A stretch of DNA of 64,000 bases from Escherichia coli (GTDB lineage: Bacteria > Pseudomonadota > Gammaproteobacteria > Enterobacterales > Enterobacteriaceae). The stretch lies in the NCBI RefSeq assembly GCF_009931435.1, contig NZ_CP043414.1. The stretch is one strand, 5' to 3'. Of this stretch, positions 45,817-57,477 are shown piece by piece (position 1 is the stretch's first letter; every line of letters begins with the position of its first letter). Both the position numbers and the translations under genes were made by a program. A model generated the notes under the pieces. It worked only from the letters and a program-made list of their open reading frames with translations. It made no database searches and was not told the DNA's origin.

Positions 45817-46953
45817 TTATTTCAGTTTGGTCTGGAAAAATTGTTCGAACTTCGCGAAAGGTATTTTTCCGGCCACGTTATCGTACAGGTCCACGTGATT
45901 TGCCCCTGGTACCACCACCAGCTCTTTGTCTTTACTGCCAACCGCCTTGTAAGCATCTTCAGCAAAATAGCGTGAATGCGCTTTCTCACCGGTCACAATC
46001 AGCGTCGGAATGGTGATTTCACTGGCGTAGCTCAACAGCGGCATATTCATAAATGACAGCGGCATCGTTGCCGTCCACGCCCCGGTAGAGTTAACGGAAC
46101 GTTCGTGGAAGCCGCGCGGCATGCGATAGTAGTCAAAGAACTCTTTCAGTACCGGATGAGGATTTGCCGGCAGCGTTTCTGGCAGAATACGCTCGCCCGC
46201 ACTGACCTTGCCGTTGCTGTCGACATTAATATCATGACCACCGTGAGCGAACGTTCCGCTCTGCGCATCCTTCCAGCGCTGTTCATTCAGATATTGCAGA
46301 ACAGCACGACGGTCGGCGGTAGAATAACGGTCTTTGCCATCCCCCACACCATGGCCCATCGCCCGGCTCATGTCATACATCACGCTGGTAGCTACCGCTT
46401 TAACGCGGGTATCCATCGCCGCGTCGTTCAGCGCCATGCCGCCCCAGCCACAAATACCGAGCAGCCCGATACGGTTGCGATCTACCTCTTTTTGCAGCCC
46501 TAAGAAATCCACCGCCGCGCTGAAATCTTCAGTGTTGATATCCGGTGAAGCGACGTTTCGCGGATAGCCGCCGCTTTCCCCGGTGTAAGAAGGATCGAAC
46601 GCCAGGGTAACAAACCCTCGTTCCGCCAGCGTCTGCGCATACAGGCCGCTGGATTGCTCTTTCACCGCGCCAAATGGCCCACTGACCGCAATCGCCGCCA
46701 GCTTGCGATCGCCACGGTCTTTAGGCAGGTAAAGATCGCCCACTAAGGTGATGCCATATCGGTTCGGGAACGAGACTTTACGGTGATCGACTTTCTGGCT
46801 CTCGGCGAACGTTTTATCCCATTTATCTGTCATGGACACAGGGGCATTAGGATTGGTTGAATCAGCATAACTCATTGTCGTGACTCCACTTAATGATGCG
46901 AAAAGCAGCATGGTCGGCATCGCGATTTTTAGCGTTCGGGTGAAGGCTTTCAT
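45817..46953 (-). CDS. secreted alpha/beta-fold hydrolase
   Basis: Track ORF 45817..46974; probable start at MKAFTRTLKIAMPTMLLFASLSGVTTMSYA (signal peptide); LGICGWGGMA motif; paralog of 26196..27116. Confidence 0.8.
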   Translation of the reverse strand: MKAFTRTLKIAMPTMLLFASLSGVTTMSYADSTNPNAPVSMTDKWDKTFAESQKVDHRKVSFPNRYGITLVGDLYLPKDRGDRKLAAIAVSGPFGAVKEQSSGLYAQTLAERGFVTLAFDPSYTGESGGYPRNVASPDINTEDFSAAVDFLGLQKEVDRNRIGLLGICGWGGMALNDAAMDTRVKAVATSVMYDMSRAMGHGVGDGKDRYSTADRRAVLQYLNEQRWKDAQSGTFAHGGHDINVDSNGKVSAGERILPETLPANPHPVLKEFFDYYRMPRGFHERSVNSTGAWTATMPLSFMNMPLLSYASEITIPTLIVTGEKAHSRYFAEDAYKAVGSKDKELVVVPGANHVDLYDNVAGKIPFAKFEQFFQTKLK

Positions 46954-47139
46954 AAAAATCCCCATAAAAAACAACAGAGAGATACAGGTTTCCGACGGAC
47001 AACACTGCGGTGCTTTACTTTGATGGGGTCATTATAGTGAGCAGAATTAGTGCTGATTAGGGGGCGATTAATGCTAAGATTAATACCATATTGTTATAAA
47101 TTAATGCGGAGATTGCCGGCATGAAGGGGGGATGTTTCA

Positions 47140-48024
47140 ATGGCGAAAAGGGAGAACTACAACGAGCTGTACCTGTTTATGCAGGTGGTGCGGGAAGGCA
47201 GCTTTACCGCAGCGGCTCAGCGGCTGGGTCTTGCTCAGTCAGGAGTCAGCCGTTCTGTTCGCGAGCTTGAAGAAAGGCTCGGCGTCCAGCTGCTGGTGCG
47301 CACCACGCGTAAACTGTCGCTGACGCAAGCAGGCGAGCAGCTCTACCAGAAGACGGCATCTGGATTTGAAATGTTAGATCTTGGGCTTGCCACACTGGCG
47401 CACTATCGAGAGACGCCCTCCGGCACGGTGCGTATCAATGCCAGCCAGCACGCGATTGATAAATGCCTGCTGCCAAAGCTGGCGGTATTTAAACAGCGAT
47501 ATCCTGATATCCGGCTTGAACTGATAAATGAGAGCCGGTTCGTCGATATCATCGAGGAAAGATTCGATGCTGGTGTCCGCCTGGGGCCTGAAGTCGGCCA
47601 GGGTATGGTCGCGGTACGCATCACGCCCGATATGGAGATGGCAATTGTGGGGACTCCGGAACATTTTCGTCGCTATGGTTTTCCGCAAACCCCGGCGGAT
47701 TTAAAGGCGCATCCCTGTATCGCCTATCAGTTTGCCGACGGCAGCGTATACCAGTGGGAACTCAATCAGGATGATAAAAAAATCACTCATCGCCCTGAAG
47801 GGCAATGGGCCCTATCCGACAGCTATATGGAAGCAGAAGCCGCACGGCTGGGCCTCGGATTGGCCTATGTTCCTGTTGAACTGGTTGCGGATGATTTAGA
47901 ACACGGTAAGCTTATCAGAGTGTTGCAGCGTTACAGCCTGCGAATGGAGGGATTGTTTCTCTATTACCCTCATCGCAACGTCTCCCCCGCTCTGCGGATG
48001 GTCATTGATACATTGAAAATCTGA
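47140..48024 (+). CDS. LysR-family transcriptional regulator
   Basis: 294-aa ORF with LysR HTH (GSFTAAAQRLGLAQSGVSRSVRELEERL). Confidence 0.85.
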   Translation: MAKRENYNELYLFMQVVREGSFTAAAQRLGLAQSGVSRSVRELEERLGVQLLVRTTRKLSLTQAGEQLYQKTASGFEMLDLGLATLAHYRETPSGTVRINASQHAIDKCLLPKLAVFKQRYPDIRLELINESRFVDIIEERFDAGVRLGPEVGQGMVAVRITPDMEMAIVGTPEHFRRYGFPQTPADLKAHPCIAYQFADGSVYQWELNQDDKKITHRPEGQWALSDSYMEAEAARLGLGLAYVPVELVADDLEHGKLIRVLQRYSLRMEGLFLYYPHRNVSPALRMVIDTLKI

Positions 48025-48262
48025 ACGTTAACAACGACCGACTCTTCACTGTGCAATATTGTGTCAGGTAGTCACTCTGCGTTCAATTCCAGGGGCCGCT
48101 TTGAGCGAGAAAGAGCGGACTTATCTGTACAAGGGGACTATCCAGCAATGGAGATCACCCATAAGAAAAAAGTACCTGGCTCCCTCGACAACCTTCATCC
48201 GGGAATTTAGCCTCAATCAACATTTTTATATCTGTCAGGTTACTTCATTATGAAAACCGATC

Positions 48263-48369
48263 AATATCGTTGTTTTTGTTGCAATAGTAGAATACGCCTA
48301 TTTATTCCTCCATTTCTATTAATAACGGCCATAAACCGTTCACTTCACTGATATTTAAAATATGCATCC
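48263..48369 (+). repeat. dispersed repeat, copy B (decayed ykgR-like segment)
   Basis: About 94% identical to 28940..29047; the upstream part differs by a roughly 30-nt deletion plus a 1-nt insertion, which destroys the ykgR reading frame. Confidence 0.7.
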
Positions 48370-48734
48370 TTTTCCTGCTTTTCAAGTTGTTCAGCGGCGT
48401 AAGAAAACGTATTAAATATGAATTCGACGATTTAACCATTTCTGTCTGATTGGTAATCATCTGTGATTAATGCTGGTCTATTGATTACGCCAGCATTAAC
48501 CGCTTAGGGATGTATTCTTCCTGATCATATACATCCCTCGAAAAAGAGAGAAAATAAAACTGTGTCCAATATTACTCTACCACTCCAGACCGAAGTATCG
48601 GTAGAATTAGCAGAACGACTGGTACAATAGATTGGGATAGCGTCATTTGTCAGGTATTCCATTGCCTGACAAATGACAATTTTGAGTCAATAGACGTGCT
48701 TCTTGATCATGTCTTACAAATTATACCATGAACC

Positions 48735-49007
48735 TTATGAAGCATCATTTTTACTGACTGGTGTTAACTTTGCTATCATATAAACTCTGTTCTTAAAAAA
48801 CGCGCCCAGAATTTTATATGATTTCCCTTGTTTTTCTGCCTGTAAAGAAATTTCTTTTTCAGTGCTGTTAATGGTTGAACCGACGGCAGTAATCTTTTTG
48901 GCGACGCTACTGAATGATAATAAAGACAGTGTAACCACAACAATTAAAGAACAGATAGTATTCACGTTAATTCTCCTGACAATTGAGAGGGTGAGTTTTA
49001 TATACAT
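48735..49007 (-). CDS. small secreted DUF1471-like protein
   Basis: 90-aa ORF with hydrophobic N-terminus; loose resemblance to YhcN/BhsA-type proteins. Confidence 0.45.
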   Translation of the reverse strand: MYIKLTLSIVRRINVNTICSLIVVVTLSLLSFSSVAKKITAVGSTINSTEKEISLQAEKQGKSYKILGAFFKNRVYMIAKLTPVSKNDAS

Positions 49008-49176
49008 AGGTATTAAACATGAGTCATATTTACTCCAAGAGAAAACACTCCTTCTGTAATTAAACCTTCATCTCCTTCGGGGTGAGCAATACATAATGCA
49101 TCTTGCTATGCAAAACAGGTGGATATCAATTTTCCTCCCGACCTATTTAATAAAACGTGAATATAAAAGTTATTCT

Positions 49177-49914
49177 TCAGTTTGCAGATGCAGTAGGTCT
49201 GATGGTAATTTCGGTTGTATCAACGCTTTCGGGAGATTCAATAATATGCCTTACAGCACGGGCAATATCCGCGGGTTGAAGTGCAACAGAACGGTAGGCG
49301 TTCATTGACTTCATGGTTTCCACATGGGTAATGGTTGAAGCCAGTTCACTTTCTACAACCCCAGGATTTACGCAGGTCACACGGATTTTCGAGCTTTCCT
49401 GCCGTAAGCCATCAGAAATAGCCCGTACTGCAAATTTTGATGCGCAATAGACTGCGCCTGTGGGCACAACAGAAAGGGCACCAATAGAACCAAGATTGAT
49501 TATCTGACCGGAACCCTGTGCTTCCATCACCGGAAGTACAGCGCCAATTCCCCAAAGTACGCCTTTGATATTCACGTCAATAGTGAGCTCCCATTCATTT
49601 TGTTTTCCTGCTGCAAGCGGTGAAAGCGGCATAACGCCCGCATTATTGATAAGAACATCAACTCGCCCCCAGCTATCCAGCGCTGCTTGCACGAAATCTG
49701 CCATGGACTGTCGGTCTGTGACATCCAACTCCCGCGCTTTAGCAATTCCTCCTGCGCGGCAGATTTCTTTTGCAATGGCTTCGATACGCTCAAGTCTGCG
49801 TGCTCCCAGTAAAACCTTTGCACCTGCCGTTCCCAGCTCTCTGGCAATACCTTCCCCAATACCACTTGATGCGCCGGTGATTAATATGACCTTATCCATT
49901 ACGTTCTCCTTCAA
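49177..49914 (-). CDS. short-chain dehydrogenase/reductase (SDR)
   Basis: 245-aa ORF with TGASSGIG Rossmann motif and NNAG. Confidence 0.88.
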   Translation of the reverse strand: MKENVMDKVILITGASSGIGEGIARELGTAGAKVLLGARRLERIEAIAKEICRAGGIAKARELDVTDRQSMADFVQAALDSWGRVDVLINNAGVMPLSPLAAGKQNEWELTIDVNIKGVLWGIGAVLPVMEAQGSGQIINLGSIGALSVVPTGAVYCASKFAVRAISDGLRQESSKIRVTCVNPGVVESELASTITHVETMKSMNAYRSVALQPADIARAVRHIIESPESVDTTEITIRPTASAN

Positions 49915-49997
49915 ATGTGTTCGGAGAGAGAATAGAACTTTATGATTGGTTCCAGTATCCTGCTTTCAATGTACTCAATGGTTAGCGGCATTAAACA

Positions 49998-50897
49998 ATG
50001 AAAATCGATCTTAATCTTTTACCCATTTTTATCGCGGTAGCAGAAGAGAGTAATTTCAGTAAAGCCGCCGCACGACTGGGCGTTACCCGTTCAGCGGTCA
50101 GTCAGGGAATAAGACGTCTTGAAGATGCATTCGGGACAATGCTTGTAATGCGGACCACGCGCTCAGTTAATTTGACGGAAGCGGGAGAACGGCTGCATAA
50201 ATCGTTGTCATTACCTTTATCCGGTATTGAGGCAGCGTTCGAAGAGATGGTCTCTGACCATGTACCACGTGGACATCTCAGAATCGCGGTGACGTCGATA
50301 GCAGAAGAATTTCTTTCAGGTCCGCTAATCGCTTCGTTTGCAGCTGCCAATCCAGCCGTTACGCTTGATATTGTTGTCACGGATGAGGAATTCGATATCG
50401 TTGCCGCAGGTTACGATGCTGGCGTAAGGCTCGGAGAGGTCATTGAAAAAGACATGATTGCTGTTCCCCTTACCGGTAAGCAGCGTGAGATGGTCGTTGC
50501 CTCTCCCTCCTATCTCGCAGCCAACAGCACACCTGTTCATCCGCGCGAACTTGTGAATCATAAGTGTATCGGCTGGCGTCAGTCCCCGGAGGTTGCGCCT
50601 TATCGCTGGCCATTTGAAGAAAACGGTAGAGCTTTCGACCTTGCGATTGAACCGCAGATTACGACGAATGATCTGCGTCTGATGTTGAGGCTGGCTCTTG
50701 CCGGCGGAGGAATAACAATTGCCACTCAGGAAACGTTCAGGCCATATATTGAAAGCGGTAAGCTTGTATCGCTGCTTGATGACTTTCTTCCACAATTTCC
50801 GGGCTTCTATCTGTATTTCCCACAGCGTCGCAATATTGCACCAAAGCTCCGCGCCCTGATTGACCACGTCAAGGAATGGCGGCAGCAATTGGCTTAA
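49998..50897 (+). CDS. LysR-family transcriptional regulator
   Basis: 299-aa ORF with LysR HTH; divergent from the SDR gene. Confidence 0.88.
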   Translation: MKIDLNLLPIFIAVAEESNFSKAAARLGVTRSAVSQGIRRLEDAFGTMLVMRTTRSVNLTEAGERLHKSLSLPLSGIEAAFEEMVSDHVPRGHLRIAVTSIAEEFLSGPLIASFAAANPAVTLDIVVTDEEFDIVAAGYDAGVRLGEVIEKDMIAVPLTGKQREMVVASPSYLAANSTPVHPRELVNHKCIGWRQSPEVAPYRWPFEENGRAFDLAIEPQITTNDLRLMLRLALAGGGITIATQETFRPYIESGKLVSLLDDFLPQFPGFYLYFPQRRNIAPKLRALIDHVKEWRQQLA

Positions 50898-51024
50898 ATG
50901 TCTGCACCTGCACTGCCTGATGTCAGAACAGTATTTTGAGAAATTGCCAGGGTTACAATGGCACAAATACGGCACAGGAGGAAAACGTGGTGTAATTGAA
51001 TGTGAGGTAACTTATTGATTTAAA

Positions 51025-51100
51025 TGGTGCCGATAATAGGAGTCGAACCTACGACCTTCGCATTACGAATGCGCTGCTCTACCAACTGAGCTATATCGGC
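51025..51100 (-). tRNA. thrW: tRNA-Thr (anticodon CGU)
   Basis: Reverse complement reads GCCGATATAGCTCAGTTGGTAGAGCAGCGCATTCGTAATGCGAAGGTCGTAGGTTCGACTCCTATTATCGGCACCA, a 76-nt cloverleaf with encoded CCA. Confidence 0.95.
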
Positions 51101-51214
51101 CCTGAAAGGACATGTTCACGAGCGTGAATCACGGTGGACAAGGTTAAAACTAACCGGGCGATGCGTCAATGGCCTTGTGAATCAAATGGCTACTTTTGCA
51201 TCACCCGGTTTTAT

Positions 51215-52468
51215 TTATGCACGAATGGTGTAATCACCAATGCCGATCCACTTGTAGGTGGTCAGAGCTTCCAGCCCCATTGGGCCGCGCGCGTGGAGTT
51301 TTTGTGTGCTTACCGCAACTTCCGCACCCAGACCAAACTGGCCGCCGTCGGTAAACCGCGTAGAGGCGTTAACGTAAACAGCGGAGGAATCCACTTCGTT
51401 GACAAAACGCTGGGCATTACGCATATCGCGGGTCAGGATCGCATCGGAGTGTTGCGTACCGTGTTCACGAATATGGGCGATGGCATCGTCAAGATCGCTG
51501 ACGATTTTGACGTTCAAGTCTAATGACAGGAACTCATCGTCATACTCTTCGGCTTTAACAGCCACCACCTTCGCGGGGCCTGCCTGCAACTGCGCCAGCG
51601 CAGTTGCGTCAGCGTGTAATGTCACGCCGCTTTCCGCCATTTGCTTGCTTAATGCGGGCAGGAAGCTATCTGCGATGTTTTTATTTACCAGCAACGTTTC
51701 TACCGTATTACACGTGCTCGGGCGCTGAGTTTTCGCGTTGACAATCACTTTCAATGCTTCAGCGATCTCTGCACTTTCATCAACGTAAATATGGCATACG
51801 CCTATACCACCTGTGATTACCGGAATCGTCGACTGCTCGCGGCACAGTTTATGCAACCCAGCCCCGCCGCGTGGGATCAGCATGTCGATGTATTTATCCA
51901 TACGCAGCAGTTCACTGACCAGCGCACGGTCAGGATTATCAATCGCCTGCACGGCACCCGCCGGTAAACCGCAGGATTTCAGGGCGTCCTGAATCACCGC
52001 CACCGTTGCAGCGTTAGTGCGACAGGTTTCTTTGCCGCCACGCAGAATCACTGCATTACCGGTTTTCAGGCACAGCGAAGCGACATCAACCGTCACGTTC
52101 GGGCGCGCTTCATAAATCACGCCAATCACCCCCAGCGGCACGCGACGGCGTTCCAGGCGCAGGCCACTGTCCAGCACGCCACCATCAATCACCTGCCCCA
52201 CCGGATCGGCGAGGTTACACACCTGGCGCACATCATCGGCAATGCTTTTCAGCCGTGCGGGCGTCAGTGCCAGGCGGTCAAGCATCGCTTCGCTAAGGCC
52301 ATTGGCACGCGCGTCAGCAACATCCTGGGCGTTAGCATTGAGGATGCTTTCGCTTTGTGCTTCCAGTTCATCGGCGATTTTTTCCAGCACGCGATTTTTT
52401 TCGCGACTGGAGAGTTGCGCTAAATTATACGAGGCTTGCTTCGCGGCAATGCCCATTTGTTCCAGCAT
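51215..52468 (-). CDS. proA: gamma-glutamyl phosphate reductase
   Basis: 417-aa ORF; proBA operon. Confidence 0.96.
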   Translation of the reverse strand: MLEQMGIAAKQASYNLAQLSSREKNRVLEKIADELEAQSESILNANAQDVADARANGLSEAMLDRLALTPARLKSIADDVRQVCNLADPVGQVIDGGVLDSGLRLERRRVPLGVIGVIYEARPNVTVDVASLCLKTGNAVILRGGKETCRTNAATVAVIQDALKSCGLPAGAVQAIDNPDRALVSELLRMDKYIDMLIPRGGAGLHKLCREQSTIPVITGGIGVCHIYVDESAEIAEALKVIVNAKTQRPSTCNTVETLLVNKNIADSFLPALSKQMAESGVTLHADATALAQLQAGPAKVVAVKAEEYDDEFLSLDLNVKIVSDLDDAIAHIREHGTQHSDAILTRDMRNAQRFVNEVDSSAVYVNASTRFTDGGQFGLGAEVAVSTQKLHARGPMGLEALTTYKWIGIGDYTIRA

Positions 52469-52478
52469 CGGCTGCTCC

Positions 52479-53582
52479 TTAACGGGTAATCATATCATCA
52501 CGGTGAACGGCAACCGGGCCGTATTCATATCCCAGTATTGCATCAATTTCTTGCGAGTGGTGTCCGGCAATACGGCGTAATGCATCGCTGTTGTAACGAC
52601 TGACGCCGTGGGCGATATCGCGACCTTCGAGGTTGCAAATGCGAATGACTTCACCACGCGAGAAGTTGCCGGTTACGCTTTTAATGCCTTTCGGCAACAG
52701 GGAGCTGCCGCGTTCAAGAATGGCGGCGGTTGCCCCTTCATCTACCGTGATTTCACCCGCAGGTGGCGCACCGAAAATCCAACGTTTGCGGTTTTCAAGC
52801 GGAGTCGCCTGGGCATGGAACAGCGTACCGACGGAAATACCTTCCATCACATCACCAATGACACCCGGCTTACTGCCCGCGGCAATAATGGTGTCGATAC
52901 CCGCACGGCAAGCCACGTCAGCGGCCTGCAATTTAGTGCTCATGCCGCCGGTTCCAAGACCTGAAACGCTGTCACCGGCAATCGCGCGCAGTGCGTCATC
53001 AATGCCGTACACATCTTTAATCAGTTCTGCCTGCGGATTGCTACGCGGGTCAGCGGTATACAAACCTTTTTGATCGGTCAGCAACAACAGTTTATCGGCA
53101 CCTGCCAGAATCGCCGCCAGCGCCGAAAGGTTATCGTTATCGCCGACTTTAATCTCTGCAGTAGCGACAGCATCGTTCTCATTAATTACCGGGACAATGT
53201 TGTTATCGAGCAGCGCACGAAGGGTATCCCGCGCGTTAAGGAAGCGTTCACGGTCTTCCATATCAGCACGAGTTAGCAGCATCTGCCCGACGTGAATGCC
53301 ATAAATCGAAAACAGCTGTTCCCACAGTTGAATCAGTCGACTCTGCCCTACCGCCGCCAGAAGTTGTTTCGAGGCGATAGTCGCTGGCAGTTCCGGGTAA
53401 CCCAGGTGCTCACGTCCGGCGGCAATCGCCCCCGACGTCACAATTACAATCCGATGCCCGGCGGCATGTAGCTGCGCGCACTGGCGAACAAGTTCAACGA
53501 TATGGGCACGGTTCAGGCGGCGCGATCCGCCTGTTAGCACACTGGTGCCGAGTTTTACCACCAGCGTCTGGCTGTCACTCAT
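52479..53582 (-). CDS. proB: glutamate 5-kinase
   Basis: Track ORF 52479..53669; start at [19 protein letters not shown] gives 367 aa. Confidence 0.96.
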
Positions 53583-53770
53583 GATTCTCTGCCATTCAAT
53601 TTTAGGGAAAATGATATCAAACGAACGTTTTAGCAGGACTGTCGCCGGTTGCCAACCATCTGCAAGCAAAGCATGGCGTTTTGTTGCGCGGGATCAGCAA
53701 GCGTAGCGGCAGTTGTTTACGCTTTTATTACAGATTTAATAAATTACCACATTTTAAGAATATCATTAAT

Positions 53771-53788
53771 CTGTAATATATCTTTAAC
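53771..53788 (+). promoter_or_regulatory. Pho box of the phoE promoter
   Basis: CTGTAATATATCTTTAAC matches the PhoB-box pattern about 80-100 bp upstream of the phoE start. Confidence 0.5.
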
Positions 53789-53869
53789 AATCTCAGGTTA
53801 AAAACTTTCCTGTTTTCAACGGGGCTCTCCCGCTGAATATTCGCGCGTTAATTAAAATCAGGAATGAAA

Positions 53870-54925
53870 ATGAAAAAGAGCACTCTGGCATTAGTGGTGA
53901 TGGGCATTGTGGCATCGGCATCCGTACAGGCCGCAGAAATATATAACAAAGACGGTAATAAACTGGATATCTATGGCAAAGTTAAAGCCATGCATTATAT
54001 GAGCGATAATGACAGTAAAGATGGCGACCAAAGTTATATCCGTTTTGGTTTTAAAGGCGAAACACAAATTAACGATCAACTGACCGGTTATGGTCGCTGG
54101 GAAGCAGAGTTTGCCGGAAATAAAGCAGAGAGTGATACTGCTCAGCAAAAAACGCGTCTTGCCTTTGCCGGGTTGAAATATAAAGATTTGGGTTCTTTCG
54201 ACTATGGTCGTAACCTGGGGGCGCTGTATGACGTGGAAGCATGGACCGATATGTTCCCGGAATTCGGCGGCGATTCCTCCGCGCAGACAGACAACTTTAT
54301 GACCAAACGCGCCAGCAGTCTGGCAACGTATCGGAACACCGACTTCTTCGGCGTTATCGATGGTCTGAACTTAACCCTGCAATATCAAGGAAAAAACGAA
54401 AACCGCGACGTTAAAAAGCAAAACGGTGATGGCTTCGGCACGTCATTGACATATGACTTTGGCGGCAGCGATTTTGCCATTAGTGGGGCCTATACCAACT
54501 CCGATCGCACCAACGAGCAGAACCTGCAAAGCCGTGGCACGGGCAAGCGTGCAGAAGCATGGGCAACAGGCCTGAAATACGATGCCAATAATATTTACCT
54601 GGCAACTTTCTATTCTGAAACGCGTAAAATGACGCCAATCTCTGGTGGTTTTGCCAATAAGACGCAGAACTTTGAAGCAGTCGCTCAATACCAATTCGAC
54701 TTTGGCCTGCGTCCATCGCTGGGTTATGTCTTATCGAAAGGGAAAGATATTGAGGGCATCGGTGATGAGGATCTGGTCAATTATATTGATGTCGGTGCTA
54801 CATATTATTTCAACAAAAATATGTCGGCCTTTGTTGATTATAAAATCAACCAACTGGACAGCGATAACAAATTAAATATTAATAATGATGATATTGTCGC
54901 GGTTGGGATGACCTATCAGTTTTAA
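53870..54925 (+). CDS. phoE: phosphate-starvation-inducible porin PhoE
   Basis: Start at [21 protein letters not shown]; C-terminal ...VAVGMTYQF. Confidence 0.95.
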   Translation: MKKSTLALVVMGIVASASVQAAEIYNKDGNKLDIYGKVKAMHYMSDNDSKDGDQSYIRFGFKGETQINDQLTGYGRWEAEFAGNKAESDTAQQKTRLAFAGLKYKDLGSFDYGRNLGALYDVEAWTDMFPEFGGDSSAQTDNFMTKRASSLATYRNTDFFGVIDGLNLTLQYQGKNENRDVKKQNGDGFGTSLTYDFGGSDFAISGAYTNSDRTNEQNLQSRGTGKRAEAWATGLKYDANNIYLATFYSETRKMTPISGGFANKTQNFEAVAQYQFDFGLRPSLGYVLSKGKDIEGIGDEDLVNYIDVGATYYFNKNMSAFVDYKINQLDSDNKLNINNDDIVAVGMTYQF

Positions 54926-54932
54926 TGGAGAT

Positions 54933-54955
54933 TGCCGGATGCGGCGCATCCGGCA
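54933..54955. repeat. REP-like palindromic unit
   Basis: TGCCGGATGCGGCGCATCCGGCA between convergent phoE and crl. Confidence 0.45.
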
Positions 54956-54963
54956 CTTTTCAC

Positions 54964-55422
<459 letters not shown>

Positions 55423-56667
55423 TTAACACAATCGTTTTTCGATCCAGCTCGTGATTTCCTGAAGACCTTTGTCAAAATTCCGATACACCGGATTAAATGG
55501 AATCTCTAACAATTTACCATCAGCAGATGATGAGGTGATTAAGCGTGAGTCCTCTTCCGGGCTGAACGGATCGTTCTTCCAGTAGCCTGATAACATTGGC
55601 GTCGGGCAGCGACGGCCCAGCAATCCTTGCACTTTTAATGAATAACGATTCAGTTCCACACGCAACGCTTCATCGGAAGCATCATGCATCCCCAAACGAC
55701 TCGCCAGAACGTCAAGATACATTTCCGGCACCTGTTGCTGGCACTTAAAATCACTCAACAGGGTATGAACTACCGGACCAAGACAAGCAACCGCTTTCAG
55801 ACGCGGCGATTCAAGATATGCCAGACGCACAGCAACGTTAGCGCCAAAACGGAAACCAAAGGCCGCGACACGGGTGTGATCCACCCACGGGACGTTAGGC
55901 AGCGCCTTTAAGACGTGCTGATGCAACAGGCTGGAGTCCTGGGTGAGCTTCCATTTTGAAGAAAAGCCCACCGACGGCATATCAATAGTCAGCATCGCAA
56001 TGCCGCGCGGGGCAAAATAACGTTCATACAGACTGTAATAATCCGTCTGCATCGCATCCAGACCACCACACATTAATACCGTCGGGAACGGGCCATCGCC
56101 TTTCGGCATATGCAAAAAGCCGGTGATGGGCGCACCGCCTGGTACGGTAAACTCCATCTGCCGCATCGTGCCCGGCAGACGTTGGGCGGCCTCTTCATAG
56201 GCACGGTTTGACAAAGCCTGCGCTTGCTCGGCCAGGTCATCCCCTTTCAGATGAGGATAGGCGGCAATGTTGTACAACGTGGCCGCATGCAGCCAGTGAC
56301 GACCACTGAGTTGTGGATCTTCTTCCGCACAAGCTTTTTGTTGCCACACCATCGCCTGGGTGGCCCATTCATAAATCCAGTTGCCGCCGCGGTAGCCAAT
56401 CACCGTATCGTATAAATCATCGTCGGTACGTTCAGCATCGCTCATCACAATACGCGCCTGAACGTCGAGGATTTCACGTGGGTCAATGCCGCGCCAGATC
56501 CACATCAGACGGTTTATCATGCGATACCAGTGGGGGATGGTTTTACCATCAAGGGCCGACTGCACAGGCGGTTGTGCGCCGTGATTAAAGCGGCGGACTA
56601 GCGTCGAGGTTTCAGGATGTTTAAAGCGGGGTTTGAACAGGGTTTCGCTCAGGTTTGCCTGTGTCAT
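55423..56667 (-). CDS. frsA: esterase FrsA
   Basis: 414-aa ORF. Confidence 0.93.
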   Translation of the reverse strand: MTQANLSETLFKPRFKHPETSTLVRRFNHGAQPPVQSALDGKTIPHWYRMINRLMWIWRGIDPREILDVQARIVMSDAERTDDDLYDTVIGYRGGNWIYEWATQAMVWQQKACAEEDPQLSGRHWLHAATLYNIAAYPHLKGDDLAEQAQALSNRAYEEAAQRLPGTMRQMEFTVPGGAPITGFLHMPKGDGPFPTVLMCGGLDAMQTDYYSLYERYFAPRGIAMLTIDMPSVGFSSKWKLTQDSSLLHQHVLKALPNVPWVDHTRVAAFGFRFGANVAVRLAYLESPRLKAVACLGPVVHTLLSDFKCQQQVPEMYLDVLASRLGMHDASDEALRVELNRYSLKVQGLLGRRCPTPMLSGYWKNDPFSPEEDSRLITSSSADGKLLEIPFNPVYRNFDKGLQEITSWIEKRLC

Positions 56668-56758
56668 GGATGCAGCCTCCAGAATACTTACTGGAAACTA
56701 TTGTAACCTGCCTGAAGTTAAAAAGAACAACGCCCGGCAGTGCCAGGCGTTGAAAAGA

Positions 56759-57217
56759 TTAGCGACCGGAGATTGGCGGGACGAATACGACGCCCATATC
56801 CCACGGCTGTTCAATCCAGGTATCTTGTGGGATATCAACAACATAATCATCAACCAGCGGACGACCTGCCGGTTTAGCGAAGATGGTGACAAAGTGCGCT
56901 TTTGGATACATTTCACGAATCGCAACCGCAGTACCGCCGGTATCCACCAGATCATCAATAACGATGAAGCCTTCGCCATCGCCTTCTGCGCGTTTCAGCA
57001 CTTTAAGCTCGCGCTGGTTGTCGTGATCGTAGCTGGAAATACAAACGGTATCGACATGACGAATACCCAGTTCACGCGCCAGTAACGCACCCGGTACCAG
57101 ACCGCCACGGCTTACGGCAATAATGCCTTTCCATTGTTCAGAAGGCATCAGTCGGCTTGCGAGTTTACGTGCATGGATCTGCAACATGTCCCAGGTGACG
57201 ATGTATTTTTCGCTCAT
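56759..57217 (-). CDS. gpt: xanthine-guanine phosphoribosyltransferase
   Basis: 152-aa ORF. Confidence 0.96.
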
Positions 57218-57477
57218 GTGAAGTGTCCCAGCCTGTTTATCTACGGCTTAAAAAGTGTTCGAGGGGAAAATAGGTTGCGCGAGATTATAGAGATCTGACG
57301 CACTAAAAACCAGTATTTCACATGAGTCCGCGTCTTTTTACGCACAGCCTCTCCCTGACGCGGGATAAAGTGGTATTCTCAAACATATCTCGCAAGCCTG
57401 TCTTGTGTTGACAACATTTTCTGCTAACCCTGTGACCTGCAATACTGTTTTGCGGGTGATCGACAAGGAGACTTAAC

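Noticed and set aside
50325-50975. 216-aa minus-strand ORF overlapping the LysR gene at 49998..50897
   Set aside because: Antisense to a LysR ORF with a clear HTH; no supporting features.
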